The position numbers and the translations under genes were made by a program. Below are positions 1 through 13,637 of a DNA stretch of 64,000 nucleotides, one piece after another (positions within the stretch are counted from its first letter, which is position 1; each line of letters starts with the position of its first letter). The notes below the pieces were generated by a model. It searched no databases. It worked only from the letters and a program-made list of their open reading frames with translations, and was not told the origin of the DNA. This DNA is from Selaginella moellendorffii (Eukaryota; Plantae; Lycopodiophyta), in assembly GCF_000143415.4 (NCBI RefSeq), contig NW_003314261.1:6174822-6238821 (forward strand), given 5' to 3'.

Positions 1-50
1 TTTTCCTCATTCTAAAAGTTTCTCTTATGTTTCTTACGATTGTCTTGCAG

Positions 51-682
51 ACCGAGTATGACGTTCCTGCTTGTGACCCGTCCTCAAATCCCGATTGTAT
101 TTATCAGCTGGAGAATCACCTGGTGATTCCAAAAGGGGGTAGCATTATCTACGGAGTAGCACATCAGCACGCTGCAGGCATGGGCATGAGCATGCACGGA
201 GAGGTAAGAAGAAGTAAAAAAAAACTCTCATGACTGTCGATTTGTGTGGCTTTTCCAGGATGGTCGGCACTTGTGCTCTTCGATTCCTCTATACGGGAAT
301 GGATCAGCTCCTGGCAACGAAGATGGCTACGTTGTTGGAATGTCTACATGCATTCCCGAGCCAGGGACTCTAATGGTCGCGAGCGGTGAGAAGCTCCACT
401 TCTCCTCATCGTATAGTTCTGCCCAGGAGCACACGGGGGTCATGGCGATCTTCTATCTCATGGTGAGCGACAATGACACTGTGTCTCTTGGAGAAGTCAA
501 GGTACGTTTTTTACTTGTTTGTTAGATTGAGCAATTGCTTTTTTCTCCTCCAGGATGTAAAAAATAGAGTTAATGTGATGGCGGTCACGCTTGGGATCGT
601 TGCAATGGTGGCATTGGTGGTCAGATTTAGCATTTGGAACAAGAAACGAGAGTCCCATAAAGGATACAATGCATTGCTTTAG
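51..682 (+). CDS. SURNod19 (stress up-regulated Nod19) family protein, copy A, 3' exons only (51-203, 259-501, 554-682)
   Basis: Near-identical to the last three exons of copies B and C (EYDVPACD, HQH, SSSYSSAQEHTGVM, C-terminal TM helix). GT-AG introns; stop TAG 680-682. The 5' exon lies outside the window. Confidence 0.9.
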
Positions 683-759
683 GATTATTTGGGGATGGCC
701 TGCTATGAAATATAATAAATATATATAAAGTTGGGAAAATAAAAAATGCATATTGGTGT

Positions 760-3700
760 TGTGACAATATATATATATGCTATGTAATACATTAATTATA
801 GTAATATAGCATATACTTGAGATTAAATTCCATTCTTGTTTATAATAAAGGAATCCCATTATTTTGATATTCCAAATAGTGGAAGTAAAGAGCATTGCAA
901 TTTGTATCCAAGAGTGCAAAGTTTTTTGGTTGAAGGGCAATGTTTTTGGTAGTGCTTTACTTAGTGTTTAGGATTGTTCATAATTACTTTTGTTTTTGTT
1001 CCTTTGTTCTTTTTTAGATTTAGATTTGTGTTAACTTTTTGCCAGATCTAAGATTATAGTTATCAAATTTATTATTACCTTTTCAATTTTCATAGATTCT
1101 TTTTTTCTGCCATACCATGCTATCATTACTTAAGGCTATTGGTGTTGCTTTGTTGGATTTGGCTTTTGGTGTTGTGGGATATGATCATATTACCATCTCT
1201 AACTGATATGGAGTGTAATTGTGACATCAATTAAAACTATAATTTATACAATCTAGTTTTTGGAGAATGTAAAAAGATTGAGTTTATAAGAAATTGTGAA
1301 GTGGATTCTTTTTAATAAGGAATTTGATTACTTTAAAGATAACTTTAAAGATGAGTTAGAGATTTCATAGGGTCTTTTAATTTATCATTTGATCCTTTTT
1401 TTTTTCCTTATAATCTTCCCTAACCTTTTTCTTATTTCTTAGCTTAAGCCACTTTCTCATCTACAATTTTGTTTTTTTCTTACATATCAATATGATTTTC
1501 ATTCTCAGTTTGATGTTAAGTTAAGTGTTTTTATCTTCCTCATACTAATTTATATGTTAACCATGTGTTTGAAGTTGAAAATCTTACTTTTATGTTATTA
1601 GTAGAATAGGTTCAAGGTAGTCTCACCTTCAGAAAATTTAGGTTTAACATGTCCAAATCATTACATCACTTTTCAATTGTCATAATTAGCTCATAAACAT
1701 TGTCCATTTATGAGTTTCTTACTACTAAAATGCATAAATAAATTTATAAACTATGTCTAGTTTGTTAATCTACTAAGAAAGAAAACCTCTTTATCCTCAC
1801 TAACTTGAGGCTTAAAATGTTTTTCAAAACAAGTGATATGGTTGCATTCTTTACCTCTAATTTAATCTTGTCAACTAAAATAAAAAGAACGATTGACTAG
1901 GAAATTACCTTTTCCAGGTTTTACTATGCTTTGAAAGTAGTGATACACAAGGAGGAAGAAATGTATTTCAATTGTATATAAATGGGTATATATATAGAAA
2001 CTAGTACCACATGGGCATAACTATATACCATATCATCTTTAGTTGAAACACTTTTGCTCATGATCAAGTGGTTGATTCAAAGCTGAATCTAAATTTAAAT
2101 CATGCCTAGCACACACACTTTTGCTCACTATTATGGTTTCAATCTTACCACTAGTATATGGTTTTGATAGTGAACTGTTAGGCTCCCACTTTTATTGCTA
2201 CTAAGCACTTGAATCTTCATAAGCATCTTTCCAAATTGCTAGAAATTCCTGTAAAGAACTAGTTCTTAAATCTTGACCCAATTCTTGATGTGGATTGTTA
2301 AATCTCTTAAACTCACATTATGTAGTGTATATGGTTTTCACTTCATACCCTATAATAATTTACTGTAGAGCAAAATTTAACCCTTGGACATATGTGTGAA
2401 ATGCAATAAAGTAAAATTTGAGTTTTAAAGCCTTGAGCCATTTAATGAATGGATAGAGCTAAATTCCCAATTATATAGCCAATGAATGAAAGAATATGAG
2501 CATTGAATAACTCCTAAGCTAAATAATAAAGGAACAAAATTACATAAAATAGCATTAAAATAATTCTAGAGTATTCAATATCCAAATGCCAAGACTAACA
2601 CGCAAAATAGAGCTAAACAACAGCTAATGTTATTGTAGCATAACGTGAGGATATATGTACTCTATGAACTATTAGTTTTGAGTTTGGGATTAAATCCAAG
2701 CTAGACATAAAACAATGACAAACACACTTAACAAAGAGTTATATAATGTTTCAAATTGGTCATCCATACCTAATTTACTCATTCGTACTATACATTTAAA
2801 AACTTTTTATAAACCCCCGTTCAAATGAAAACATGTTTTGGGCTTTCACCCAAGTGTAAATTATATATTACTTTTGCCAATTTATCAATTTACCTCATCT
2901 ATCCAACCATCTTTATCTTGACTTTTACTAAATTCCTTTACCAAGGTTCTTGTCTATTGTGTTAACTCGGACTTGGTCCTACTTAAGTTCAACTATTTAC
3001 TACACAAATAATTGAGTGTTAACTAACTCTTCACAAGTTCCTAAATTTTTCCTATCCTCATTCTTGAGTAAAATTATATTTAAAGTTTGGCTATACTCCC
3101 TTTAAGCATAAGCAGCCAAACACATTAAACCTCCAAGTTTCTAACATCCTATGATACATAAAACTTGTTCATGGGACCTTTTAAATCTTAAGCCTTAAAT
3201 ATATCACTTAGCCTAAGACACTAAAGAGAAACACTATGGCTTAATGGCCTAGTATGGGTATCTCAACTCCCTACTTTCATCCTGAAGGGAAGGCCCAAGC
3301 TTCTAAGATGGGGTGAGGACCAATGAGCCACATAGTATTCAAATGGGGCATCACTTTACTTGAGTTGAGAGTATTGTAGTTGATTTCCCTTCTGGGAATA
3401 AGAGTTGCTTTTGAGCACTTTCTTGAAGAGCTTCTTTAACACTTTTTAAGTTTATGCTCACTCCACCTAAGACTACCCACCTTTAATTCTAACTTTAATT
3501 TAATTTGGAAGCACCACTAAAGAATTCTTTCAAGACTAAAGTTTTAACATCACTATCTTTGCTATACTTTTGAAACCCCCTACAACCCATTATCCTTACT
3601 ATAATTTTGGAACCCTCTACAATGCCCCCTTCAAAGTGCTTTTGCAAATTCTTCATACGCATAATCTAGAGTGGGCAACTAACCTAGAGAGACAATAAAA
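760..3700. mobile_element. Highly decayed AT-rich transposon/LTR remnants
   Basis: No long ORFs. About 2870-3620 is an inverted homolog of about 36300-37000, about 1515-1580 matches about 37690-37750, and about 1730-1930 matches about 6315-6455. Boundaries are approximate. Confidence 0.5.
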
Positions 3701-3713
3701 CTTCTCCATTACA

Positions 3714-4630
3714 CTCAAGTTTCATTTGATCTATAACAATAGTTATACATTTTTTCTGGTTTCGAGCTTGATGATCAAGAGGAATAAAAAATTCCAGAAG
3801 GACCAGCAGAAATTTGTAGAGGTTTTCTCTCTTTCTTGCTTGATGTGTTCAATTTTTCTTAATCTAGAGGCAATTCCTCTAATACAAGGTCTCAATTTAT
3901 ACAGTCATATAGAGTGTGTACAACTTAAGGGTTATTTATCCAGTTGCAAGTGAGATGGGTTTGGCTTGTATAGCTATCCCACAGTGTATATTGTTAACAT
4001 GAGGGTTCAAGAAAAAATGTCAAACTGCTTAAACCTAACCTGCTATGGCCCCACCCTATTGCTATTTTTTTATCACGTGTGATTACATTGTGTGATGATT
4101 TCCATATTTTTGTAGAAGAGAACTTTAGAAATCTCAATCTATCATAACCAGCTTTGGAGAGACTTTGAATACTTTAATGAAATTGCATAAATTAATAATG
4201 TACATCTTTAAACCCTTTATAATATATGTTTGGAATATATGCCTTAAAACCAAATAAAAGACCCAGTTTTTATCTCAACTTTCATAGATAGGAAGAGTTC
4301 TCCACAAGAGGATCAGTCACTAGTGACGTAGGCACTTGGAAAATGCCGGGCGAACGTGCTCGATGCCATTATCCAATTGATCTTCTGGGACCCGAGATCT
4401 TGAACTTGTCCCCGCAAACCGCATGTGGGCCAAGAGCTCGTAGCTAGCACACATCACCGTGTGCCCTATTGCTCATTGGAAGCACATTGGAAGATAGTGC
4501 CTGAATCGTCCAAGCACTGCACGGGGATGCGCTCTTGTAAGACTGAAAGCGGTGTCCAAACCGCATACAGGTGAAGGTCCTACAGCCCATCTGGTGAGTT
4601 GAGCACGGCGGGGGTGAATAGCAGCTAAAA
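3714..4630 (+). pseudogene. Decayed remnants of the IBA57/YgfZ gene 3' half upstream of SURNod19 copy B
   Basis: 3714-3890 aligns by eye to 8486-8730 (gatctataacaa..agtta, aattccaga..ggacc..cagaaatt). 4425-4630 aligns patchily to 8770-9255 (atgtgggcca..gagct, catacaggtgaaggtc, ggggtgaatagca). Confidence 0.75.
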
Positions 4631-4631
4631 A

Positions 4632-6144
4632 ATGGACGGGAAGTTTTTGGTTCTGGTCGTGGCCATCGTTTTGCTATGGCCTTCATCTCCAGCAGAATCG
4701 AAGGATTGCTCCAGATCTTCCAGAATTCAGAAGAAGACTTACAAATCTCCAGCTTTTTCTATGGGGCCGGGAGAGGTCCAAAACCGAAACTACACGATCG
4801 AGTTTCCCAAAGGTCATATCGGCGTCAAGAACTTCCAGGGAGAGATTGTAGACGAGCTTGGGAATCCCGTGCCTCTGAGCGAAGTCTATTTGCATCACTG
4901 GGTGGTATTTGGCTTCCACCTGAAGAGCTCCGAGAGAAAAGAGCTGGTCAGAGGCGGCTTCCATGATCGTCTAGGGTCGTCAGCGGCTATAATCCCTGGA
5001 AACGATGGAATTTGTCAGCAAAACGTCCATCCACAGTTCTGGGGTCTTGGTGCCGAGACGAGACACACGAGCTACTTTGTTCCAGGCTCCTATGCTATCG
5101 GCGTTGGCAACCCTCCAGAAGGCTACAAGGAGCTTTGGCTGCTCAACGTCCATGCCATCGACACGAGAGGAACATATGATCCCCAAGGATGCCTCGAGTG
5201 CCGCTGCAGCTTGTACAACGTAACAATAGATGCCTCTGGACAGCCTTTGAAGCAAGGTTACAAAGGCGGTTTGCATTGCTGCTATGAAGGGACCAAATGT
5301 GCAATGAAACTGGGATTTCAAGCACCAAAGAAGACTCTTTACATGCAATACACCATCGAATGGGTGGAGTGGGACGAATGTGTCCGGCCTGTTCGTGCTT
5401 ATATATTCGACATCACAGACAGCAGGAAGCGGGATCCAGTCGACCCTCAAGTTGGCTGCCAAGTTCGTTTTTCCTCATTCTAAAAGTTTCTCTTATGTTT
5501 CTTACGATTGTCTTGCAGGCCGAGTATGACGTTCCCGCTTGTGACCCGTCCTCAAATTCCGATTGTATTTATCAGCTGGAGAATCACCTGGTGATTCCAA
5601 AAGGGGGTAGCATTATCTATGGAGTAGGACATCAGCACGCTGCAGGCATGGGCATAAGCATGCACGGAGAGGTAAGAAGAAGTAAAAAAAACTCTCATGA
5701 CGATGCGGCTTTTCCAGGATGGTCGGCACTTGTGCTCCTCGATTCCTCTATACGGGAATGGATCAGCTCCTGGCAACGAAGATGGCTACGTTGTTGGAAT
5801 GTCTACATGCATTCCTAAGCCAGGGACTCTGATGGTCGCGAGCGGTGAGAAGCTCCACTTCTCCTCATCTTATAGTTCTGCCCAGGAGCACACGGGTGTC
5901 ATGGGGATCTTCTATCTCATGGTGAGCGACAATGACACTGTGTCTCTAGGAGAAATCAAGGTACGTTTTTTACTTGTTTGTTAGATTGAGTGATTGCTTT
6001 CCTCCGCTGCAGGACGTGAAAAATAGAGTTAATGTGATGGTGGTCACGCTTGGAATCGTTGTGGTGCTTGCACTAGTGGTCGGATTTGGCATCTGGAACA
6101 AGAAACCAGAGTCCCATGAAAGATACAGTGCATTGCTCGTTTGA
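4632..6144 (+). CDS. SURNod19 family protein, copy B (exons 4632-5462, 5519-5671, 5718-5960, 6013-6144)
   Basis: Signal peptide, FPKGHIGVKNF, YLHHW, GLGAETRHT, LNVHAIDTRG, CLECRC, GGLHCC, HQH, HTGVM and a C-terminal TM. All exon lengths are multiples of 3 with GT-AG introns. Confidence 0.92.
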
Positions 6145-6680
6145 ACTGGCCCGCTATGAAATATCTAATGAATATACTTTTTATATAAAAAGTGGGAGGC
6201 ACATTTTTGCAGGACATTGTGCTTCTGACAGCCTAACTTAGAAAAGCTTTACTTACTAGCGGAAATAATCTTCTGGGCAACTTTGCAAAGATCATCCAAA
6301 GCACCAAAATTCGCAAATAAATTTATAAACCTTCACTAACCTGAGACTCGATATTCATCAAAACAAGTGACACAGTTGTTATTTTTTGCCTCCAATTCAA
6401 TCTCGTCAAGTGGAATGGAAAGCGCAATCAAAGAAGAAAGTACCTTCTCCAGGTTCTGCCACTCACTTTTTCCTATAAGATTTACAAGCTCGCCTATAAA
6501 CTTGTGCTCCTAGAAGATCACAGGCTAAAAAGCAACTAAGGAGAAGAAAAACTAAAAAAAAATAGTACTGTCCTCAGTGTAGATTTGCACAACTGGAAGA
6601 AATCCTTTTCTAAAAATTGCGACATTGTGACCAGGATGCAAGCGAGAAGGAAACCTTATGGCACAATGTCATGTTGGCAC

Positions 6681-6923
6681 CTACCAGCCAACACAAATTC
6701 CAATTTGATACAGACACCCTCCTTCGCATCAATCCCCATTTCGCGTGTAAGGAGCTCCTGCGTTTTCGCACTTCAAAACTTGGATTGCTACCACCTTGAA
6801 GTAGTTGAATAAAGTGGTTGTATAACAACACTCCCCGTGCGCAGACTCAATGCTAGCCAGAAATGTGAACATGAGAATTGCCGCAACCACAAGAAGTTTG
6901 GAGACGCTAGCGCCCGCAGCCAT
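6681..6923 (-). pseudogene. Secreted cysteine-rich (knottin/ICK-like) peptide gene with an internal stop
   Basis: Hydrophobic signal MAAGASVSKLLVVAAILMFTFLASIESAHG. The same frame reads ...KCENAGAPYTRNGD*CEGGCLYQIGICVGW*. Confidence 0.55.
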
Positions 6924-7089
6924 GGATAAGAAAGTAGCAGGGAACAACACACCAATTTTGCGGATGATGGGAATGAGAAGGGGGAACTCCTGGATTTATA
7001 CATCTCACATTCTAACATGTTCTCCATCTGTCGTTGCGATACATGGAAGGAGGTGATTCGATGTTAACATATGCAAATGGACGAGGCAC

Positions 7090-7355
7090 TGGCATGGAAT
7101 CAGAAACTCACAGGCTCATCAGCGAGAATCCTTCCAAGAAATACTGCGACATCTCTGGATTTGAGGTAAGCTGCTGTCTCGCCATTTCTCCACCGAGTAA
7201 TCCCCTCTTTCGGTATTTTCTCCTTGTAAAGGCACCTTACACGGATCCTCGAACAAAGCTCAGGTATGCAAATGCCAATGTCTTGAAGCGCATCAGGTGT
7301 CTTCCCGACGATTACGTTCACGGCTACTTGGGTCTCTGTAGTTCTCAAGTAAACT
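7090..7355 (+). pseudogene. INO80 complex subunit C (Ies6) / YL1-C domain fragment
   Basis: PSKKYCDISGFE|APYTDPRTKLRYANA..LPDDYVHGYL, split by a GT-AG intron (about 7166-7231). No convincing N-terminal exon, so it may be partial or decayed. Confidence 0.7.
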
Positions 7356-7669
7356 CTCCTCCTCGACTTATAGCACATTTATAGAATGCTACTCGCGGGA
7401 ATTCGGCAACTCGAGTAACAGCAGAGTCAAGGGTCGGGAAACTGGAAGGGTAGAACGAGCAGAAGTCCGGATATGAAGAGCTATAGAATACCACTCGCAA
7501 GAAACTCAAGGATAGAACAGTAGCGTGAAGGAAATGGAGAAGAGAAAGTTAGCAACGAGGAAGAAAGCCACTATCGAGCCAGCCCATGCATGAAGCCCGA
7601 GTGTCACGCACTTGGCGGAGTTCTTGAAGAAAAGAACCTAGGGTATAAGCAGAAAGAAAATTTCCAACG

Positions 7670-9128
7670 ATGGCGGCTGCTACAGTGTGGCGCTTGCTGG
7701 GAGGTGGAGGATACAGGGGCCGTGGCTATGCTAAAAATGTGAGAAGCTTTTCCTTCCACTCGTCGCCGTCGTTTCCTTCTCGAGCGTCCGAGTTATCTTC
7801 CGGGGGTTCGACGCTGCTAGCCGAGAAAGGTCCTTTTGCGTGCAAGCTGAGCAGCCGAGCGGTCATTGGATTTGAAGGAGAGGATGTTATCAAGTTCCTC
7901 CAGGGCTTGACGACGAACAACATGAACAAGCTCGAGCAGGATTCTCCGACGAGGCTACCGCATCCCACTCTCAACCAGCCAGCGGTGGTGCAGCCTCCTC
8001 TCTACACGGCCATCTTGAATCCACAGGGAAGGTTTCTGTTTGACATGGTGGTTTTTAAGCCGGTGCAATCCACGGAGAAGTTGGACAGATCGGGAACGGG
8101 CCCCGGGAGCGAGAAGTCGGCTCCAAAGCTGGTAGCGGACGTTGATGCGGAGAGTGTCAGCGATTTGTTTGCACACCTGACGAGGTTTGTACCTTGTACT
8201 TTGTTCTTTTTTCTCCTTGTCTTTTTGACGAACTTTCACTTGTTTCAGGCACAAACTGCGTGCAAAAATTTCTTTCTCGGACATGTCAAAAGAGCTTGCA
8301 GTCTGGCAGAGGTTTGGAGGTGCTCTGGAGTGCGAAGGTGACAACGAGGGCTCTGTAGGGTGGGGTGCTGGGCGTGATGTTGCTGGGAATACTTCTGCCT
8401 CTAGCAATGTCCAAGGCTGGCGTTGGCATAAAGATCCCAGGACAGGATGTCTCGGCTTCCGAGGTATCTTTCCGGTGGAATCCACTCGTAAGTTTCATAG
8501 TGACGCTGATCTATAACAACAGTTACACGTTGTTTTTTTCTTTGGCAGCTCCATTGATTGATGCCGATCAAGAGGTTGACGAGCAGTATTATCTGTTGTG
8601 GAGGTTGGAACAAGGAATTCCAGAGGGACCGGCAGAAATTCGTGGAGGTTTTCTCTCTTTTTCGCTTGCTGTGTTCAGTTTTTCTTAAATCTAGTGATTG
8701 ACAGGGGAGGCCATTCCTCTCGAGTACAATCTTGAAGGTCTGAACGCGATCGACTTCGACAAAGGTTGCTATGTGGGCCAGGAGCTTGTTGCTCGCACAC
8801 ACCACCGAGGAGTGATAAGAAAGCGCGTAATGCCGGTGATTTTTCTTGACAAGGATGGCAAAGGTGAGATGAGCCGTGTGGTTTAGAACTTCTTATTTGT
8901 GCTTTACGTGTCATTGCAGAAATCGGTGAGGCAGTGAGTCATGGTGCTGAAATCGTCGACGCAGAATCGTCCAAGAAGATGGGCACTGTAACAACGGCAC
9001 TTGGCTCCCGGGGATTCGCTCTTGTGAGACTGGAAGCGGTTTCCAAACCGCTAAGCATCGGTGGCGGGATGGCAAGCATACAGGTGAAGGTCTTACGACC
9101 CAAGTGGTGGCTGCATCAATGGGACTGA
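7670..9128 (+). CDS. IBA57: Folate-binding GcvT-family protein IBA57/CAF17/YgfZ, mitochondrial Fe-S maturation factor (multi-exon)
   Basis: Transit-peptide-like N-terminus, [28 protein letters not shown], and the signature [22 protein letters not shown]. First intron 8185-8248; stop at 9128. Confidence 0.9.
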
Positions 9129-9255
9129 TCGGGATAAGTTTCTGGGAAACAAACAAAGAGGCAACGAACAGAAGTCTCGCTGAGGAAGCTTCCGAGCTTT
9201 GTCCTGATTTGCTATTTAGCGGATGGAGCAGGGTGGGGGTGAATAGCAACTAAAA

Positions 9256-10807
9256 ATGGACGGGAAGCTTTTGGTTCTCGTCGTGCTCATCGCTTTGCTA
9301 CGATCTTCATCTCCAGCAGAATCGAAGGACTGCTCCAGATCTTCCAGAATTCAGAAGAAGACTTACAAGTCTCCAGCCTTTGCTCTGGGACCGGGAGAGG
9401 TCCAAGACCGAAACTACGAGCTCGAGTTTCCCAAAGGTCATCTCGGTGTCAAGAACTTCCAGGGAGAGGTTGTAGACGAGCTTGGGAATCCCGTGCCTCT
9501 GAGCGACGTCTATCTGCATCACTGGGTAGTGTTTAGCCTCTATGTGAAGAGCTCCGAGAGAAAAGAGCTGGTAAGAGGCGGCTTCCATCATGGACAGGAT
9601 CGTCTAGGCTCGCCATCGGCTATAATCGCTGGAAACGATGGAATTTGTCAGCACAACGTCCTGTCGCAGTTCTGGGGTCTTGGATCCGAGACGAGGCACA
9701 CGAGCTACTTTGTTCCAGGCTCCTATGCTATCGGCGTTGGGAATCCTCCAGAAGGCTACGAGGAGCTCTGGGTGCTCAACGTCCATGCCATCGACACCAG
9801 AGGAACATATGATCCCCAAGGATGCCTCGAGTGCCGCTGCAGCTTGTACAACGTCACAACAGACGCCTCTGGACAGCCTTTGAAGCAGGGCTACAAAGGC
9901 GGTCTGCACTGCTGCTACGAGGGGACTAAATGCGCAGTGAAGCCGGGATTTCAAGCACCAAAGAAGACTCTTTACATGCAATACACCATCGAATGGGTGG
10001 AGTGGGACGAGTGTGTCCTGCCTGTTCGTGCTTATATATTCGACATCACAGACAGCAGGAAGCGGGATCCAATCGACCGTCACGTTGGCTGCAAGGTTCG
10101 TTTGTCCTGATTGTAAACTTTTTTGTTTTTATTTCTTACGATCGTTCTGCAGATCGAGTATGACGTTCCTGCTTGCGACCCGTCCTCGAATCCCGATTGT
10201 ATTTATCAGCTGGAGAATCACCTGGTGATTCCGAAAGGGGGTAGCATTATCTACGGAGTAGCGCATCAGCACGCTGGAGCCATGGGCATGACCATGCATG
10301 GAGAGGTAAGAAAAAAAAAGTAGAAAAAACTCTCGTGAAACTTGCTAACGATTTTTGTGGCTTTCCAAGGATGGTCGGCACTTGTGCTCCTCGATTGCTC
10401 TATACGGGAATGGATCAACTCCTGGAAACGAAGCTGGCTACGTTGTTGGGATGTCTACGTGCTTCCCCGAGCCAGGGACTGTGACGGTCGCGAGCGGTGA
10501 GAAGCTCCACTTGTCCTCGTCTTATAGCTCCGCCCAGGAGCACACGGGTGTCATGGCGCTCTTTTATCTCATCTTGAGCGACGATGATACTGTGTCTCTG
10601 AGGCAATTCAAGGTACGTGTGGTAAACTTTTACTTGTTTCAAGTTCTTAGATTGAGCGATTGTTTTTCTCCGCTCTAGGACGTCAAAAACAGAGTTAATG
10701 TGATGGCGGTCACGCTTGCGATCGTTGCGGTGCTGGCGCTGGTGGTCGGATTTAGCATCTGGAAAAAGAAACGAGAGCCGCATGGAGGATACAGTGCATT
10801 GCTCTAG
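9256..10807 (+). CDS. SURNod19 family protein, copy C (exons 9256-10095, 10153-10305, 10370-10612, 10679-10807)
   Basis: Same motifs and exon structure as copy B, with an intact frame to TAG at 10805-10807. Confidence 0.92.
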
Positions 10808-11290
10808 GATTATAATTTTCGTATCTCTCTCCTGCTTGGATTCATTTGAGAGAAAAATGTTGGTCTATGAAAAAATCTTTTCATGCTACACTTGTGCTCT
10901 TCTTTCTAGCACGGGATGATAGGATACACGCATTCTTCGGGAGTCAAAGTTAGAAAAAATTGGCGGTAGAACATTTCGATCTGAGCGCATCTGCCCTTCT
11001 CCCTTCGTTTCCCCTAGGAAGGAGAAACAAGCTGAGCCAACAAAAACAAAGCACTGAAGGTGGAGTGAATACCATCTAGATCGAAACAATCTTTTGTTTT
11101 TTTAAAGATATGTAAACTTAGAGGATGTTTGAAGCTATGGAAATATATGGACGCAAAATCATGGTGATTTTCTTATCTCTATCCTGCCTGAGAAAAAAAT
11201 ATTCTATGATCAACTTTGTGCACACTTTTTGGTCTTCGCGAGGAAATTGTTTACGTACTCCACTCTGGGAAAACCAAGAAGAGATAACTT

Positions 11291-12092
11291 TCACAAGAAT
11301 ATGTAATTTGCAGACCTTGCACGATTGTCTTCTTGGGGGCGATTAAACGCTGTCCAGATTGGATGTCCACTAAAGAGGCGCATCACCTGCATAGATTTCT
11401 AAGCTTCATGTTTGATCAAAGAGAATCTCAGTTACAGACCGTGATGAAATTGTTGGAATCCGGTGTGAATCGATGATACATCCCAGCCGGGAGAATGATC
11501 ATGTCGCCCTTCTTGGTCCACACACGAATCCACCGATCGCTGCCATCTCTCACGTCAAAGTATCCTGAGATGGATCGAAAGAATCGTTAACAAAAACTGG
11601 ATTATTTCCTCGAAAGAAAGAAAAATAGATACTACAGACCACTTCCTTCGAGACAGTATCTAATCTCCTCGTCCGTGTGGATGTGTTCCTCGTAGAAACT
11701 TTTGATCCGCTCCTCGTAGTTGGGAAGCTTTCCAGGCGCGATTGTGATGATATCCTGAGCACGAGCACAATTCGGATAAGAGCCAAACAAGGTTGTGGAT
11801 GGATACATACATAGTAATCGTAGCCTCGCTCGTCTCGAATAGCCTTGAGCTCCGGGTCTGTCTCGTACAAATCCGCATTTAAGTGCCACTGCAGCACACC
11901 AAGATCTGGGCAAAACCAAACCAAATCCATCAAACAATTCCAGAAATTCACACTCACCATCGAGAATTTTTTTGGATACACGCTGCTGCTCTTGCGATTC
12001 ATCGAGATACCACGCTTCAATTCCAGGCTAACCAAAAGACTACGATCAGGAGCTCAGCTCTAAAACCATCGCCATACCTCGTCGGCTCCCAT
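11291..12092 (-). CDS. ARD: Acireductone dioxygenase (ARD/ADI1, methionine salvage), multi-exon
   Basis: Spliced reading MGADE|[10 protein letters not shown]..., [63 protein letters not shown]. The 3' end is uncertain (possible extra intron). Confidence 0.88.
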
Positions 12093-12408
12093 TCTCTCCT
12101 CGTAAGAACAAACCCTCAGCACGATGTACACGTGGGCAGCCTGTAGCCTACCACGTGTGTAGTCCCTCAGTGAATATACCTAGCATATGCTAAGGTATGC
12201 TAGATATTCTTTTGCATTCTAGGGCTTTTGCTGTAGTGTAGGTCTCGCATTCAACTCCAAGAACAGGTCAAGCTCCATGGTCGACCGAAATCGTTCAAGC
12301 TTGCTCCAGGGTGTGATGCTGAGCGTGACAGAGCGATTTTGTTCTCTAGTGAGAACACTTTTTGGCATTAGATAGTCGTGAGCTCGTTGCAATGTGTCTT
12401 TAGCGACA

Positions 12409-13637
12409 TGGTGTCTGAAATAGTCTGCAAGGTTCTGGGCTGGTTCTACAATCGAAGGGACTCTTTCCGGCGAGCAGTATACTCTTTCCGGCTCTTCCTC
12501 CTTGGTTTATGATGCAACTCGAATAAGCAAGCTAATGGTTAACATGGTTAATGGTATTTGTTATGATTGTTCGCTATCAACAGGTTCCTGATGGTTTTCG
12601 CTTTACAACTGATTATCATACGGAGTTCAGGGAGGATAGTGAAGACCGTGGACAGGTTGTACCGCACGGGCTGAAGGCAGAAGTTATATTTGAACAACTC
12701 TGCCACAGGCAACCTGGGAGGTACATAGAACAAGGTGTGTTTTTACACATGTATATTTTTACATATCTCATATGCACGCGAAACCGTTTGACGACGTCTA
12801 CTATTTCACTCCAGGCAGGCGACCCCATCACGTGAAACATCCAAGCTTTTTGGATCTTACTTCAGTGATTCCGGACTGCAAAATTTACTTAGCATTCTCT
12901 TCAAACAGCTTCAAGGTTCGTAATATTTTTTTGCTGGTTATTTGTCTAATACACCCTCTTTTAGTATGGGCGAAAATATTTCAAGGCAACTAAAATAAAA
13001 AGATTCGATTTGTTATGCGATTTTATTTCAAATGAAAGAATCGACTATGCGACACTGGAGGAGTTAGTTTATGGACTTTCAAGTTTCAACGAGGAAAGTA
13101 CTGATGGGCGACTACCACTTGTAGAAGCTTGTCGCTGTGGTAACAGCCAAGTTGTTGAACTCTTATTGAGAGAAGGGGCAAACAAAAACGTTGGAGGTAT
13201 ATAACATTGTTGCACATCGTTCTTACAGATGTTTTACACAATTTACTTTTCCAGATCGTAAGGGTATGATTCCATACATAGAGGCTGTCTGCAGCGGGAA
13301 ACTGCGTCCAGAGATAATGCCACAACTTATGCCAAATGATGCCAAGAACTTAACGTGGATTATTGCGATGAACCCACAGGCCATAGCTCATTTCGCTCGG
13401 CAGGAGAAAAATTGGGTGTTGGAGGAAATAACGAAACTGAAGAGGACACTGGAAACGGTTTGCAACGACAAGTACAACGCTGATGAATTGGAAAACCTTC
13501 CAAAGTACGGTCACTTACTACAAGGCGTGACTACGATTTTCCAAGCGAATCGTTTACAAAAGAGTCCAAAAAGGGTCTTTTCAGGCGACACAAGTAGCAG
13601 GTCAATGGATTTTATCAAAAGTCCCGTAAGTTTATGA
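12409..13637 (+). CDS. Ankyrin-repeat-containing protein of unknown function (multi-exon; start uncertain)
   Basis: GRLPLVEACRCGNSQVVELLLREGANKN followed after an intron by DRKGMIPYIEA is ankyrin-like. Several short GT-AG introns link ORF pieces 12551-12740, 12820-12915, 13010-13197 and 13254-13637. Confidence 0.6.

Noticed and set aside
6729-6731. Selenocysteine recoding of the TGA in the knottin-like gene
   Set aside because: Land plants lack Sec machinery, and a second Cys is also mutated (TAC), so pseudogenisation is simpler.
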